From NCBI GenBank assembly GCA_964408285.1, contig CAYOYV010000003.1:29848-93847 (forward strand): DNA of 64,000 bases, in the 5' to 3' direction. Numbering within the stretch: position 1 is the stretch's first letter; each line of letters opens with the position of its first letter. Shown in pieces: positions 40,858 to 50,220 of this stretch. The notes beneath the pieces are model-generated. The model was not told the origin of the DNA, searched no databases, and was given only the letters and a program-made list of their open reading frames with translations. Both the position numbers and the translations under genes were made by a program. Source of the stretch: an uncultured Nitrososphaerota archaeon. GTDB lineage: Archaea; Thermoproteota; EX4484-205; JAAOZO01.

Positions 40858-41604
40858 ATGGCGAGTTTCACATTTATGGAGAAGAAAAGGGTTCAAGATG
40901 GAAGCCTTGTGTTGGATGGACTGCCCGATACGGGCCTTGTTGGGACTATAGCTGCCCTCCACCTTGTCAGGGCTAAGGGCATGTCCCCCATGGTGAGGAT
41001 AGATTCCGATCTATTGCCTCCTGTCGCAATCGTGAAGGAAATGAATCTTTTCGAACCACTCATGATATACAGCTCTGATGGCGTTTCAGTAATAGCCTCT
41101 GAGATCCCGATTCCCACGGAAATCACGAAACCTTTTGCGAGAGAATTGGTGGTCTGGATCAAGGATCATCGCTGCAGGGCCGTAATTTCGATTGGTGGAA
41201 TCCCAGAACCCGCCAGATCGGAGATTGAGGAACCAGAGGTGTTCTATCTGACGAACTCGACTGAGGCATTCTCAGCCACGATAGATCTGGGAAAGACCAA
41301 GCAATTGGATTCGGCATTCCTAGTTGGTCCAAAGGCTGCCTTCTTGCTGGAGTGTTTCAGGGAGGAGATACCAACGATTGGCCTATTCGCTCAATCGTTT
41401 CCGAATTACCCAGATCCGGGTGCAGCAGCATCTGCACTCACCCTGCTAAGGCGCTCAAACGTTTTCCAAGTCGATCTTGAGGAACTGGTGAAATCCGGCG
41501 AAGAGATGCGCGTGAGGTTCAGGGATCTCATGAGGAGAACAATGGGAGAGATGGAGAGAGCTCAGAAATCGAGGGAAATGGAGTCTCCCTCGCTTCTGGT
41601 GTGA
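40858..41604 (+). CDS. PAC2-family proteasome assembly chaperone
   Basis: GLPDTGLVG, LFAQS, YPDPGAAA, VDLEELVK. Confidence 0.88.
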   Translation: MASFTFMEKKRVQDGSLVLDGLPDTGLVGTIAALHLVRAKGMSPMVRIDSDLLPPVAIVKEMNLFEPLMIYSSDGVSVIASEIPIPTEITKPFARELVVWIKDHRCRAVISIGGIPEPARSEIEEPEVFYLTNSTEAFSATIDLGKTKQLDSAFLVGPKAAFLLECFREEIPTIGLFAQSFPNYPDPGAAASALTLLRRSNVFQVDLEELVKSGEEMRVRFRDLMRRTMGEMERAQKSREMESPSLLV

Positions 41605-41615
41605 GGTGATCCAGA

Positions 41616-42035
41616 ATGTCCCTTGGCTTTTCAGACGAATTCGACGAGAGATTCAGGAGGCTAATCTTGGAGGCTAGGAGAACAGAAGAGAGGATGGCAA
41701 GGGCTCTGAAGGAATTCGAGCGCTCAGAGAGATGCGTAGTCCCCCTACATGAGCTGAGGCCAACAACCGATGGATACACATTGACAGTGGATTTGCCCGG
41801 TGTGCAGAAGGATGAGGTAGGCCTAACGTTGGAGGGCACCTCATTGTTCATGACAGCTCCCTGCAAATCCATTACAGAGAAGAGGAGAAGACATGCAAAA
41901 GAACTGAACTACATAATCGAGATATCTCTCCCCGGTGATGTCGACACCAAGACCATCAAGGCCACAATGCGGAATGGTTTACTGAGACTAGAAATGAAAA
42001 AACGCATAGGGGGTTACAAGATAAGGATAGATTAG
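41616..42035 (+). CDS. Small heat-shock protein (Hsp20)
   Basis: VDLPGVQKDEV, ISLPGDVD, ATMRNGLLRL; GAGGTGA ribosome-binding site upstream. Confidence 0.88.
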   Translation: MSLGFSDEFDERFRRLILEARRTEERMARALKEFERSERCVVPLHELRPTTDGYTLTVDLPGVQKDEVGLTLEGTSLFMTAPCKSITEKRRRHAKELNYIIEISLPGDVDTKTIKATMRNGLLRLEMKKRIGGYKIRID

Positions 42036-42043
42036 AATACCAC

Positions 42044-43336
42044 ATGACAGGCCAGTCAAAGCTCCTCCCCGGTCTGGGTCCAGTCAGGAAGCTGAGTGGT
42101 GAGCCTTCAATATGCTTACTGTGTAGAGGTTCGAAGCTCCTTTGCGGGAAGCCAGCTTGCCCAGCACTGATGAGGGCTAACAGCATCGCAAGGCTCAATC
42201 TCACACGTTCCTCCCTGGAAGTTGAGGGTTCCTCTCCCCCTAGCGTTTTCGTTGGAAGAATGGGTTATCCTAGGGTGAGCATTGGACCAATGGTCCCACC
42301 ATTGTCCGGAGACACGTCGCACATGAATGATCCTTCTCTCTGGTATAGGATGCAGATATCCGAATTCGTGCAAATGATCACCTCTCTTTTCAGAGGAACC
42401 TTTCCAGCGACCGTGAACAAACCGGAAGAGGGAGGAAGGTTGCTCCAAGAGCTCCAGGAATTGGCGCTCTCATCGAGATCTCCTGATACAGATGTGATCT
42501 TCTCAAGACCCCTGAGTGCTGGGATATCACTCAGCTCCGACGTTCAACCTTTTGGACCCTCTGCTCCATTAAGCAAGATGCAGGTCTCAGGGACAAGGTC
42601 GAATCTGAAGCTTGAAAGGGCGTTCTATGATGAGGATCTCAAGGCAGCAGACGCCATGTGGAATATATATCGGAGTGGAGAACCCGTGCAATCGATCCAG
42701 AGGGTACTAAGCCTAGCTATGCTTGGAGTTGCGAATAATAGGAGGCTCGTCCCGACAAGATGGAGCATAACGGCAGTCGATGATACTTTGGGAAAAAGGC
42801 TAAGAGATAGAGTGATAAGATATGAGCAGTTAGGGGAATTCCGCCTGCATTACTCGAGAAGCATGGGGAATCTTTACGCAGTGTTGCTGGTGCCAGGCTT
42901 CTGGAGCTATGAGTTGATGGAGATATTTCACAGTGGTTCGGTATGGAATCCCTCGGGAGGCGAAGTCGCCATAGCAGGAGACTGTGAGGGGACCAAAGAA
43001 CGTTCCTCGTACGCTTCAATAGGTGGCTGCTATTATTCTGCAAGGCTGGCAGTCCTAGAGCATCTTGATGCCATACGGAAGTGCGCTACTGTCATAGTGA
43101 TAAGGGAAGCATTGCCGAGCTATCTGCTGCCTGTTGGTGTTTGGACTGTGAGAGAAGGGATAAGAGACGCAATGAGATCCAAACCTCAGACGTTTTCGGA
43201 CATGAAATCATCCCTGTCTGCCCTTTCAGAGCTGACGAAGGCAAGTATGGCAATTATTATCGAGGAATCCAGTCTGTTGAGAAGGATGATATATCAGAGT
43301 AGACTGACACGATTCCTCATGGGAGACTCCTCCTGA
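42044..43336 (+). CDS. nreA: PCNA-interacting DNA repair protein NreA
   Basis: CLLCRGSKLLCGKPAC, GSSPPSVFVG, RRLVPTRWSITAVD, GGCYYSARL, PVGVWTVRE; C-terminal PIP box QSRLTRFL. Confidence 0.95.
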   Translation: MTGQSKLLPGLGPVRKLSGEPSICLLCRGSKLLCGKPACPALMRANSIARLNLTRSSLEVEGSSPPSVFVGRMGYPRVSIGPMVPPLSGDTSHMNDPSLWYRMQISEFVQMITSLFRGTFPATVNKPEEGGRLLQELQELALSSRSPDTDVIFSRPLSAGISLSSDVQPFGPSAPLSKMQVSGTRSNLKLERAFYDEDLKAADAMWNIYRSGEPVQSIQRVLSLAMLGVANNRRLVPTRWSITAVDDTLGKRLRDRVIRYEQLGEFRLHYSRSMGNLYAVLLVPGFWSYELMEIFHSGSVWNPSGGEVAIAGDCEGTKERSSYASIGGCYYSARLAVLEHLDAIRKCATVIVIREALPSYLLPVGVWTVREGIRDAMRSKPQTFSDMKSSLSALSELTKASMAIIIEESSLLRRMIYQSRLTRFLMGDSS

Positions 43337-43473
43337 AGCGCGTCTTGGGAATGGGGTTCAGGGACAGATGGAAGGGGATCAGTCCGCATCCTTCACCGAG
43401 CCGAGCTCATACGTAGAATCACTTCATGGTGAATCATTATAAAGCATCAAACGCAACTCTTCGAGGGGAATCA

Positions 43474-44298
43474 ATGGAAGAGGAACCAGTGTCTTTCACG
43501 AATGAGGGAGAGAAGCTGTCTGGGATGTTCCATTTGCCAGAAAAAACGCCTGCCCCTTCTATAGTATATTGCCCTGGTTTCACCGGGCACAAGATCGAGG
43601 CCCACAGGCTATTTGTCCATGCGGCGAGATACATGGCTAGAGCAGGTTTCCTAGTTCTTCGCTTTGATTTCAGGGGATCTGGAGAAAGCGAGGGGATGTT
43701 CGAATCAATGACCGTTTCTGGCGAAATAAGCGATCTCAAAAAAGCTATAACCCTCACACTTGGCAGAAAAGAAGCCCAGGGTAAGAAGGTAGGAGTGCTC
43801 GGACTGAGTCTCGGCGCAGCGGTTTCTATTCTGACAGCGGCCGACGATGATAGAATAGGAGCCGTCTGCTCGTGGTCTGGTCCGGCGAGTTTCAATGCAT
43901 CCTTCCAAGCCGCCGAATCAATCATGGGCAGGCCGATCAACATGGCCAATCTGAGTCAAATGGACTACATCGATATGCCTAGCGGATACAGGCTCGGCAG
44001 AGCATTCCTGTTGGATATCATGAAGCATGATGTCTCGGGTAGTTGTGCCAGAATCTCTCCTAGACCTATTCTCATAGTACATGGAACACTAGATCAGCTT
44101 GTGCCTGTTCAGGATGCGGAAAGGCTGTTCCTATCAGCTAGAGAACCGAAGGAGAAAATACTCATACATGAAGCAGATCATACGTACAATCGGATTGATT
44201 GGCAATCGGAGGTGATTGAACGCACTACCGAGTGGTTTAACCGAACGTTGACCTCGGGCAAAGGGAGCTTGATTGGCAAGAACGATTCCACGACCTGA
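43474..44298 (+). CDS. Alpha/beta hydrolase
   Basis: RFDFRGSGESEG, GLSLG nucleophile elbow, HGTLDQLV, ADH. Confidence 0.9.
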   Translation: MEEEPVSFTNEGEKLSGMFHLPEKTPAPSIVYCPGFTGHKIEAHRLFVHAARYMARAGFLVLRFDFRGSGESEGMFESMTVSGEISDLKKAITLTLGRKEAQGKKVGVLGLSLGAAVSILTAADDDRIGAVCSWSGPASFNASFQAAESIMGRPINMANLSQMDYIDMPSGYRLGRAFLLDIMKHDVSGSCARISPRPILIVHGTLDQLVPVQDAERLFLSAREPKEKILIHEADHTYNRIDWQSEVIERTTEWFNRTLTSGKGSLIGKNDSTT

Positions 44299-44318
44299 GT
44301 TCCTTTGCCAGTATTCAA

Positions 44319-46748
44319 TCAAGCGCGATATGCCGCCAATTCGCCGATTTCTGTCCTTCTGATTTCGCCAACCTTCAGGTTCCGGAGCTTATGGGCCGCC
44401 ACCAAGTCCTTGGTGAATGGGGCGAGTTTTGGATTCATGAATATCGTCTCGTCCAGTGCCGAATTGAGACTGAGGCCCCTGTTCTTCTTCTCGCTCCAAA
44501 TGAATGAGTTGAATTGGGTAATCAACTCAAGGGATTCTCTTTCCGCTTCGTCCAGACTGGGACGCTTTTCGGGGAAGCTCTCGAACATCACGGATTTGCC
44601 ATATATTTCGCCATATATGTAGTCCGTGATGACCGGCATTATCGGGTGAAGCGCGATGAGTGTCATCCTCAATATCGTGTGCGTGGCGGCTCTCGCGGAG
44701 ACACTGTCGCGGTCCCCCAACTGAGAGTACAGGCGCGGCTTGACCATCTCTAGATAGTGGTCAGCTATTCGGTTCCACAGGAAATCCCTTACAGACGTCC
44801 CGGCTGGAAATGGATCCAGACTCTCGTAGCCCTCTTCGGCCTGTGCGATAGCGGCACCCGTTGCTTTCACGAAGAGCTTGTCGAGATTCTCCGAGATCTC
44901 ATCCTCCTCGGCTGGTGCGAACTGAGACACGAATCGGGACACATTCCAGAGCTTGGTTATGAAGAGAGATGCTGCTTTGACCCTTTCTTCAGACCATCTG
45001 TAGTTTGATCCGAGCTTCGCTTCGGATGCTGCCCATAACCTGAATGCATCTGCACCATATTTCTCGAGAGGACCCTCGGGATATATCACATTTCCTTTTG
45101 ACTTATGCATGACCTCTCCCTTCTCATCAACGCCCATTCCGCTTATCCTGACTTGCCGAAAGGGTCTATCATTCAGGAGCAAGAGATTTCTCAGAATGGA
45201 GTAATACAACCAGTTCCTGACTATGTCAACTCCTTGTGGCCTCAGATTTGCTGGTCTTGCCTTGCGAAACAGCAGATCATCACGCATGTATCCTATGATA
45301 TATAGCTGAGAGATGCTGGAGTCCATCCAAGTATCCAGTACCCTTTCTTCACCGACGAATTCTCCTCCCCCGCAAACTGGACATCTAGAGCCTTGGGGGG
45401 GAGGGCTCTTCCAAGGCTGGTAGTAGGATCCCTTAGGAGGAACGTATTGGTTCCTACATTTGATGCAATACCACAGGGGAACTTCTGTGGCATAGTATCT
45501 TCTTCTTGATATCGGCCAATCCTGACTTATGCTTTCGATCCAATTGTACAGTATCTGTTTCATGAAGGGGGGCTGGAATTCCATACTATCCGACATCTTT
45601 CTGACCATATCCCTGAATTCGATTTGCCTCAGATAGAATTCCTTCATTTCTATGATCTCAACTGGAGTCGCGCATCTCCAGCAGGTAGGAGTCCTGTGTA
45701 GGGCGTATTGCTCCTTTAGGACGAGAGATCGATCCTTCAATACCCTGTGGATCTCACGTCTTGCGTCCTCAACTGCTAGTCCCGAGAGCTCGCGAGATAC
45801 CTCGTTCATCTTCCCATCCCCCTCTATTGCGATCTCGGGTTCTAGCCTCAGTTCCCTGAAGAGTCGGACATCTGTGAAGTCCCCGTAACTGCATATCATA
45901 ACGATTCCTGTCCCGAATTCTATTTTGGCTGCATTGTGAGGGATTATCTTGACCTCCTTCTGATAGATTGGAACTATCGCAGTTTTGCCCTCAAGCTTCT
46001 GATATCTCTTATCCTGGGGATTATATATGACAGCGGCGCATGAAGCCAGTAACTCTGGCCTGGTTGTGGCAATAATCACATCTTCGCCAGTTTCTTTAAC
46101 CTTGAATCTGACGTAGACTAGTCTGGAAGGCAAGTCGCGATACTCAATGTCGGCATCGGCCATTGGTGTCCTACATCTTGGGCACCAGTTCACAGGTCTG
46201 AGGTCCTCGTAGATGAGGCCTTGCTGGAAAAGATCGATGAAAGTGGACTGGGTTATTGCCCTGTATTCAGGGGAATCGGTCATATAGTAGCTTTGCAGGT
46301 CGACGCCCATTGCAAGCAGCCTCACCTGATTCAGCACCTCCTTCTCAACAACATCCAGGTATTGTCTACACAGCTCAAGGAATTCTTGACGGGGCATTTC
46401 CTTGGCGCTGACATTCCTCTCCCTCTCCACCATGACCTCTATCGGGAGCCCATTGCGGTCAGCACCAAAAGGAAACAGGACGTTGAATCCCTTAAGCCTC
46501 TTGTATCTGGCTACCATATCGATTTGGGAATAGTGAGCTGCACCGCCAACATGCCACTTGTTCGAAATATAGGGCGGGGGCGTGTCTATGGAGTATATTT
46601 CTCCAGGTCGCGATGGATCGAACCGAAACATCCCCAAGCTGTGCCATTTCTCAATGACTCCCCTCTCAAGGTCCCTGGTCCATCTAGTCTGCTTTAGCTT
46701 CGGCACTTCTTTGCTCTTTTCCCGGGTTTCTGTGTCGCTCGATTCCAT
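44319..46748 (-). CDS. valS: Valyl-tRNA synthetase
   Basis: DTPPPY, GADRNGLP, ATTRPEL, FGTGIVMICSYGD, WPISRRR, DTWMDSS, QGVDIVR, MHKSKGN. Confidence 0.95.
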   Translation of the reverse strand: MESSDTETREKSKEVPKLKQTRWTRDLERGVIEKWHSLGMFRFDPSRPGEIYSIDTPPPYISNKWHVGGAAHYSQIDMVARYKRLKGFNVLFPFGADRNGLPIEVMVERERNVSAKEMPRQEFLELCRQYLDVVEKEVLNQVRLLAMGVDLQSYYMTDSPEYRAITQSTFIDLFQQGLIYEDLRPVNWCPRCRTPMADADIEYRDLPSRLVYVRFKVKETGEDVIIATTRPELLASCAAVIYNPQDKRYQKLEGKTAIVPIYQKEVKIIPHNAAKIEFGTGIVMICSYGDFTDVRLFRELRLEPEIAIEGDGKMNEVSRELSGLAVEDARREIHRVLKDRSLVLKEQYALHRTPTCWRCATPVEIIEMKEFYLRQIEFRDMVRKMSDSMEFQPPFMKQILYNWIESISQDWPISRRRYYATEVPLWYCIKCRNQYVPPKGSYYQPWKSPPPQGSRCPVCGGGEFVGEERVLDTWMDSSISQLYIIGYMRDDLLFRKARPANLRPQGVDIVRNWLYYSILRNLLLLNDRPFRQVRISGMGVDEKGEVMHKSKGNVIYPEGPLEKYGADAFRLWAASEAKLGSNYRWSEERVKAASLFITKLWNVSRFVSQFAPAEEDEISENLDKLFVKATGAAIAQAEEGYESLDPFPAGTSVRDFLWNRIADHYLEMVKPRLYSQLGDRDSVSARAATHTILRMTLIALHPIMPVITDYIYGEIYGKSVMFESFPEKRPSLDEAERESLELITQFNSFIWSEKKNRGLSLNSALDETIFMNPKLAPFTKDLVAAHKLRNLKVGEIRRTEIGELAAYRA

Positions 46749-46875
46749 TGTCGTCTTTCCTCGCTGAAGTGGAATTTAGTCTTTTCCAACGTGCGCTACT
46801 CTGTCATCAAACCTTGCCCACATGGCAATCGCTCATGGGATCGGAAGACAAGTGCCTCTAGGCTAAGGATGGAAC

Positions 46876-47646
46876 TCAGAAAGCGCCTGCTATCCTCAAT
46901 GCTTTCTCGAATTGATCTTCCGTCCTTAAATCAAGAACAGTTACTGATACAGAAGCTTGATCCCTGACTACACTTACGTCGGTGTTTGTGTCATCGGATC
47001 CGTAAAGACCCAATTCCCATCGTTTCATCGCATAGCCAGTTGAAGTCCTCTTATGGATGGAGTGTAGTGCCCTCTTGCTTAGCATGCAAGGTCTAATCCC
47101 CCTCACAACTGGATAGGGAATGTTCATGGAGACGATTTCGCCTTCTCTCAGGATTCCGAGACTCGACATCGCCGCCCTCAGAACTCGATTGACTGTTTGC
47201 CGAGTCTCGGGGGTCTGATACTCTAGGGACTCCCTCTGCTCTTTGGATATCGCAAGAGAAAGGGCTATAGCGATTTTCCCATGTATTGCCCCCTCGATAG
47301 CTGCCCCTATGGTTCCGGAATCAAAGAAATCCTCTATGCCCAAGTTCGGGCCGAGATTGACTCCACAGAGGATGATGTCAGGCTCGTTGGGGAGAAGGTA
47401 CTCAATTCCAAGTAGAACCGCGTCAGCAGGCGTGCCGTCTATGGCGTATGCTTCCGAGCTGCGCTCGAATTCGTATTTTCGAACATTGACCTCGCCAAGT
47501 GTTATAGCTTTCCCTATGCCACTTCTTTCTCTGAGTGGGGCCACAACGTATACGCTTCCGAATTCCTGCGCAGCTTCAGCCAACATGTGAAGCCCCGGTG
47601 AATCTATTCCGTCATCATTCACTGCTAGGATGGTTCTGTTCTCCAT
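46876..47646 (-). CDS. surE: 5'/3'-nucleotidase SurE
   Basis: NDDGIDSPG, SGIG, GTPAD, GVNLGPN, SGTIGAA. Confidence 0.93.
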   Translation of the reverse strand: MENRTILAVNDDGIDSPGLHMLAEAAQEFGSVYVVAPLRERSGIGKAITLGEVNVRKYEFERSSEAYAIDGTPADAVLLGIEYLLPNEPDIILCGVNLGPNLGIEDFFDSGTIGAAIEGAIHGKIAIALSLAISKEQRESLEYQTPETRQTVNRVLRAAMSSLGILREGEIVSMNIPYPVVRGIRPCMLSKRALHSIHKRTSTGYAMKRWELGLYGSDDTNTDVSVVRDQASVSVTVLDLRTEDQFEKALRIAGAF

Positions 47647-47656
47647 TGTACCTCGT

Positions 47657-47683
47657 GGAAACTATATGCTTTTAAATGGTTTC
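47657..47683. promoter_or_regulatory. Bidirectional promoter with one TTTAAA box (47671-47676) for surE and the rhomboid gene
   Basis: The palindromic TATA lies the same distance (25 positions) from both ATGs, flanked by GGAAAC and GTTTC BRE-like tracts. Confidence 0.65.
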
Positions 47684-47700
47684 TTCCGGATATCGACTGA

Positions 47701-48411
47701 ATGCTCCCAATTGGAGATGAGAATCCACGTGGTTCGGCCCCGATCGTTACTTACATCCTGATCGCGGCAAATGTCGTGGTATTCTTGTATGAATTCATGC
47801 TGCCAGATGTCGCTTTCGAGGGATTGATTGTCAAATATGGATTCGTTCCTTCTAGCCTATCCTCGAATATCAGTACACTTGCGGTCGCTACGATTTTCAC
47901 ATCGATGTTTCTTCACGCGGACGTAACACACATTTTCGGAAACATGCTTTTCCTATATATATTTGGAGACAACATTGAGGATGCAATCGGTCATTTGCCT
48001 TACTTTCTCTTCTACATGATCTGTGGAGTCGCGGCCAGCTTCTTCCAATTCATAACGGATCCGCTATCGACCATCCCTGCGATAGGCGCCTCTGGAGCGA
48101 TATCGGGTGTACTTGGAGCCTACATACTGCTGTATCCAAGGGCAAGGGTGAGAACTCTGGTCTTTCTCGGTCTCTTCTTGACATTCGCCAGGATCCCTGC
48201 CCTAATATATCTAGGCATATGGTTCCTTTATCAGATTCTTTACGCCTCCTTACCAGAGGTCTCGGGAGTGGCATATTGGGCTCACATTGGGGGATTCATC
48301 ACCGGTCTAGTGATCATGAGGCTGTATCCATGGAAGAGAAAGCCAATCCCTCCGCCTCCTCCGCCTCCAGCCTACCCGATTCAAGAGTTGCCTCAGCCGT
48401 ATCGCGTCTGA
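47701..48411 (+). CDS. Rhomboid intramembrane serine protease
   Basis: FTSMFLH, HIFGNM, GASGAISG (Ser), AHIGG (His); proline-rich tail. Confidence 0.95.
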   Translation: MLPIGDENPRGSAPIVTYILIAANVVVFLYEFMLPDVAFEGLIVKYGFVPSSLSSNISTLAVATIFTSMFLHADVTHIFGNMLFLYIFGDNIEDAIGHLPYFLFYMICGVAASFFQFITDPLSTIPAIGASGAISGVLGAYILLYPRARVRTLVFLGLFLTFARIPALIYLGIWFLYQILYASLPEVSGVAYWAHIGGFITGLVIMRLYPWKRKPIPPPPPPPAYPIQELPQPYRV

Positions 48412-48518
48412 GCGGCTTCAACGCCAGTTTGAAAGGAATCTGGATTCTCCGTGATTGCGAATTCGGATCTCGGTATGAGTGCGATTCGAGGCCGTATAAT
48501 GATCTCTCTGGATGAACT

Positions 48519-49475
48519 TCAAGCGCAGCCCCAAAGTTGCCTCGAGAACCTCAACACCTGCTTGGCAAGCCTAACTCTGCCCCTCTGTCCGGCCATGAAT
48601 GTATCAGTCACAAAGGGCGTGATCCCTAGTTGCTCGATTTCGTGCCGAAGCTGAGAGTCACTTCTATCTATTACAAATGCGTCGATTATGTCCCGATACA
48701 TGCTTGCCACTTCCAATGAAGTGGTTTCTCTTTTGAAGGTCTTCAGCATCAGACTAAGGGGCCCCTTCACGACCTTTCCTCCAATTATCGGCGAGATGGC
48801 GATCGTAGGCTCGTTCCTGCTGCGCATGAGCTCCCTCACACTGTCAACGGAGAGGATCGGTCCTATGCTCACAAATGGATTGCTTGGGGAGAGAATAACT
48901 AGATCAGAGTGAGTTATCGCGCTCGTCACGCCTGGAGAGGCTCTAGCGCCAGACATCCCTCTGAATCTAATAGCGTTTATCTTGTCTCGCATCCTCCTTT
49001 TCACTAGATATTCCTGAAAGTGAAGATCGCCCGCCTTTGCAATGATTCGGGTCTCAACATGTGAATCTGTCATCGGGATTATCCTGCATTTCAGCCCAAA
49101 GGCTTTTCTGAAAAGTTCAGTTACCCGGGACAACGAATGGCCCTTCTGAAGCAATTCCGTTCTGACGATGTGGATGGCGATATCCATATCTCCCAGTCTG
49201 AACCACGTTTCTTGTCCGATCCTATCGAGCATTCTCATGCATCGAAATGTGTCCCCGGTGATCCCCCACCCCTTTGACTCATCAACGATACGAGCAAGCG
49301 AGTATGTTATGATGTCAATGTCTGGTGATACATAGAGACCATGAGTGATTATGTCGTCCGCAGTATTCACTATCGCGGTTACCCCCTTCTCAGGGAAAAC
49401 ACTAACCAGCCCAGTCAGAAATTTGGCTGCGCCGACCCCTCCGCAGAGGACCGTTATTTGTTTCGGCCAGGTCAT
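48519..49475 (-). CDS. cofD: 2-phospho-L-lactate/PEP transferase for F420 biosynthesis
   Basis: GGVGAAKF, NTADD, SPDID, WFRLGD, PMTD, PSNPFVSIGPIL, SPIIGG. Confidence 0.95.
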   Translation of the reverse strand: MTWPKQITVLCGGVGAAKFLTGLVSVFPEKGVTAIVNTADDIITHGLYVSPDIDIITYSLARIVDESKGWGITGDTFRCMRMLDRIGQETWFRLGDMDIAIHIVRTELLQKGHSLSRVTELFRKAFGLKCRIIPMTDSHVETRIIAKAGDLHFQEYLVKRRMRDKINAIRFRGMSGARASPGVTSAITHSDLVILSPSNPFVSIGPILSVDSVRELMRSRNEPTIAISPIIGGKVVKGPLSLMLKTFKRETTSLEVASMYRDIIDAFVIDRSDSQLRHEIEQLGITPFVTDTFMAGQRGRVRLAKQVLRFSRQLWGCA

Positions 49476-50080
49476 TTCCAAACTGAGACCTCCCTCAAGA
49501 GTCTGCGACGGGGTGGGCTAGGTCTTTCACATGATTTCCCCAGGGCGATCATGGCAATCGGTTCCCATTTCTTACCGACTCCTAGGACGCTGGCAACCTC
49601 TCTTCTGGCGAATAGCGGCGCACAACTCCATCTTGCTCCGATTCCAATTGCGTGGGCCATCAGCAACATGTTCTGGATGGCTGCCGATGCACTCTGAATC
49701 GCCATAGTTCTTTCAGCCGAATTCCTTATCTCATCACTATATACGTCCATATCTTCCATCGTCACTGCGACAACTATTATGACCGAGGTATGAAGAAATC
49801 TGTTCGTTGAGGATGCAATCACACGTTCGGCCTCAGCTGATCCTATGCCATCCCCTTCAAGGTCCTCTCTCCACTTCCTGCCCATCGCAACCAGCATTTT
49901 GTGCTTGTTCCTTTGATTCCTAACGATCACGAACCGCCAAGGTTGCGCATTATGAGCAGAAGGTGCCCATATGCCAGCAGAAAGGATTCTTTCTATTGTT
50001 CGCCTCCCTATAGACATCTCCCTGAGCTTCCTTACTGTTCTTCTGCCCTTGATGAAACGCAATAGTCGACTAGGATCCAT
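49472..50080 (-). CDS. Nitroreductase-family protein resembling the FbiB C-terminal domain (stand-alone)
   Basis: RRTVRK, APSAHNAQPWRF, MGRKWREDLEGDG, AERTMA..SASAAIQNMLL; ATGA overlap with cofD. Confidence 0.85.
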   Translation of the reverse strand: MDPSRLLRFIKGRRTVRKLREMSIGRRTIERILSAGIWAPSAHNAQPWRFVIVRNQRNKHKMLVAMGRKWREDLEGDGIGSAEAERVIASSTNRFLHTSVIIVVAVTMEDMDVYSDEIRNSAERTMAIQSASAAIQNMLLMAHAIGIGARWSCAPLFARREVASVLGVGKKWEPIAMIALGKSCERPSPPRRRLLREVSVWK

Positions 50081-50220
50081 TGTGGAGTTCTCCGCAGCGG
50101 GAGGTTTTAAGCGAGAGATGCCTCCGATCGAAGCCGACCTCGTCAGCTGGGGAAAAAGGATTGGCCGGATGGCTTGGGAGCTTCCGCGCATGCAACTCCA
50201 TCAGATAGCGATGGAAGCAT

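Noticed and set aside
48425-48445. GTTTGAAAG resembling a CRISPR repeat end
   Set aside because: Single occurrence, no repeat-spacer periodicity and no cas genes.
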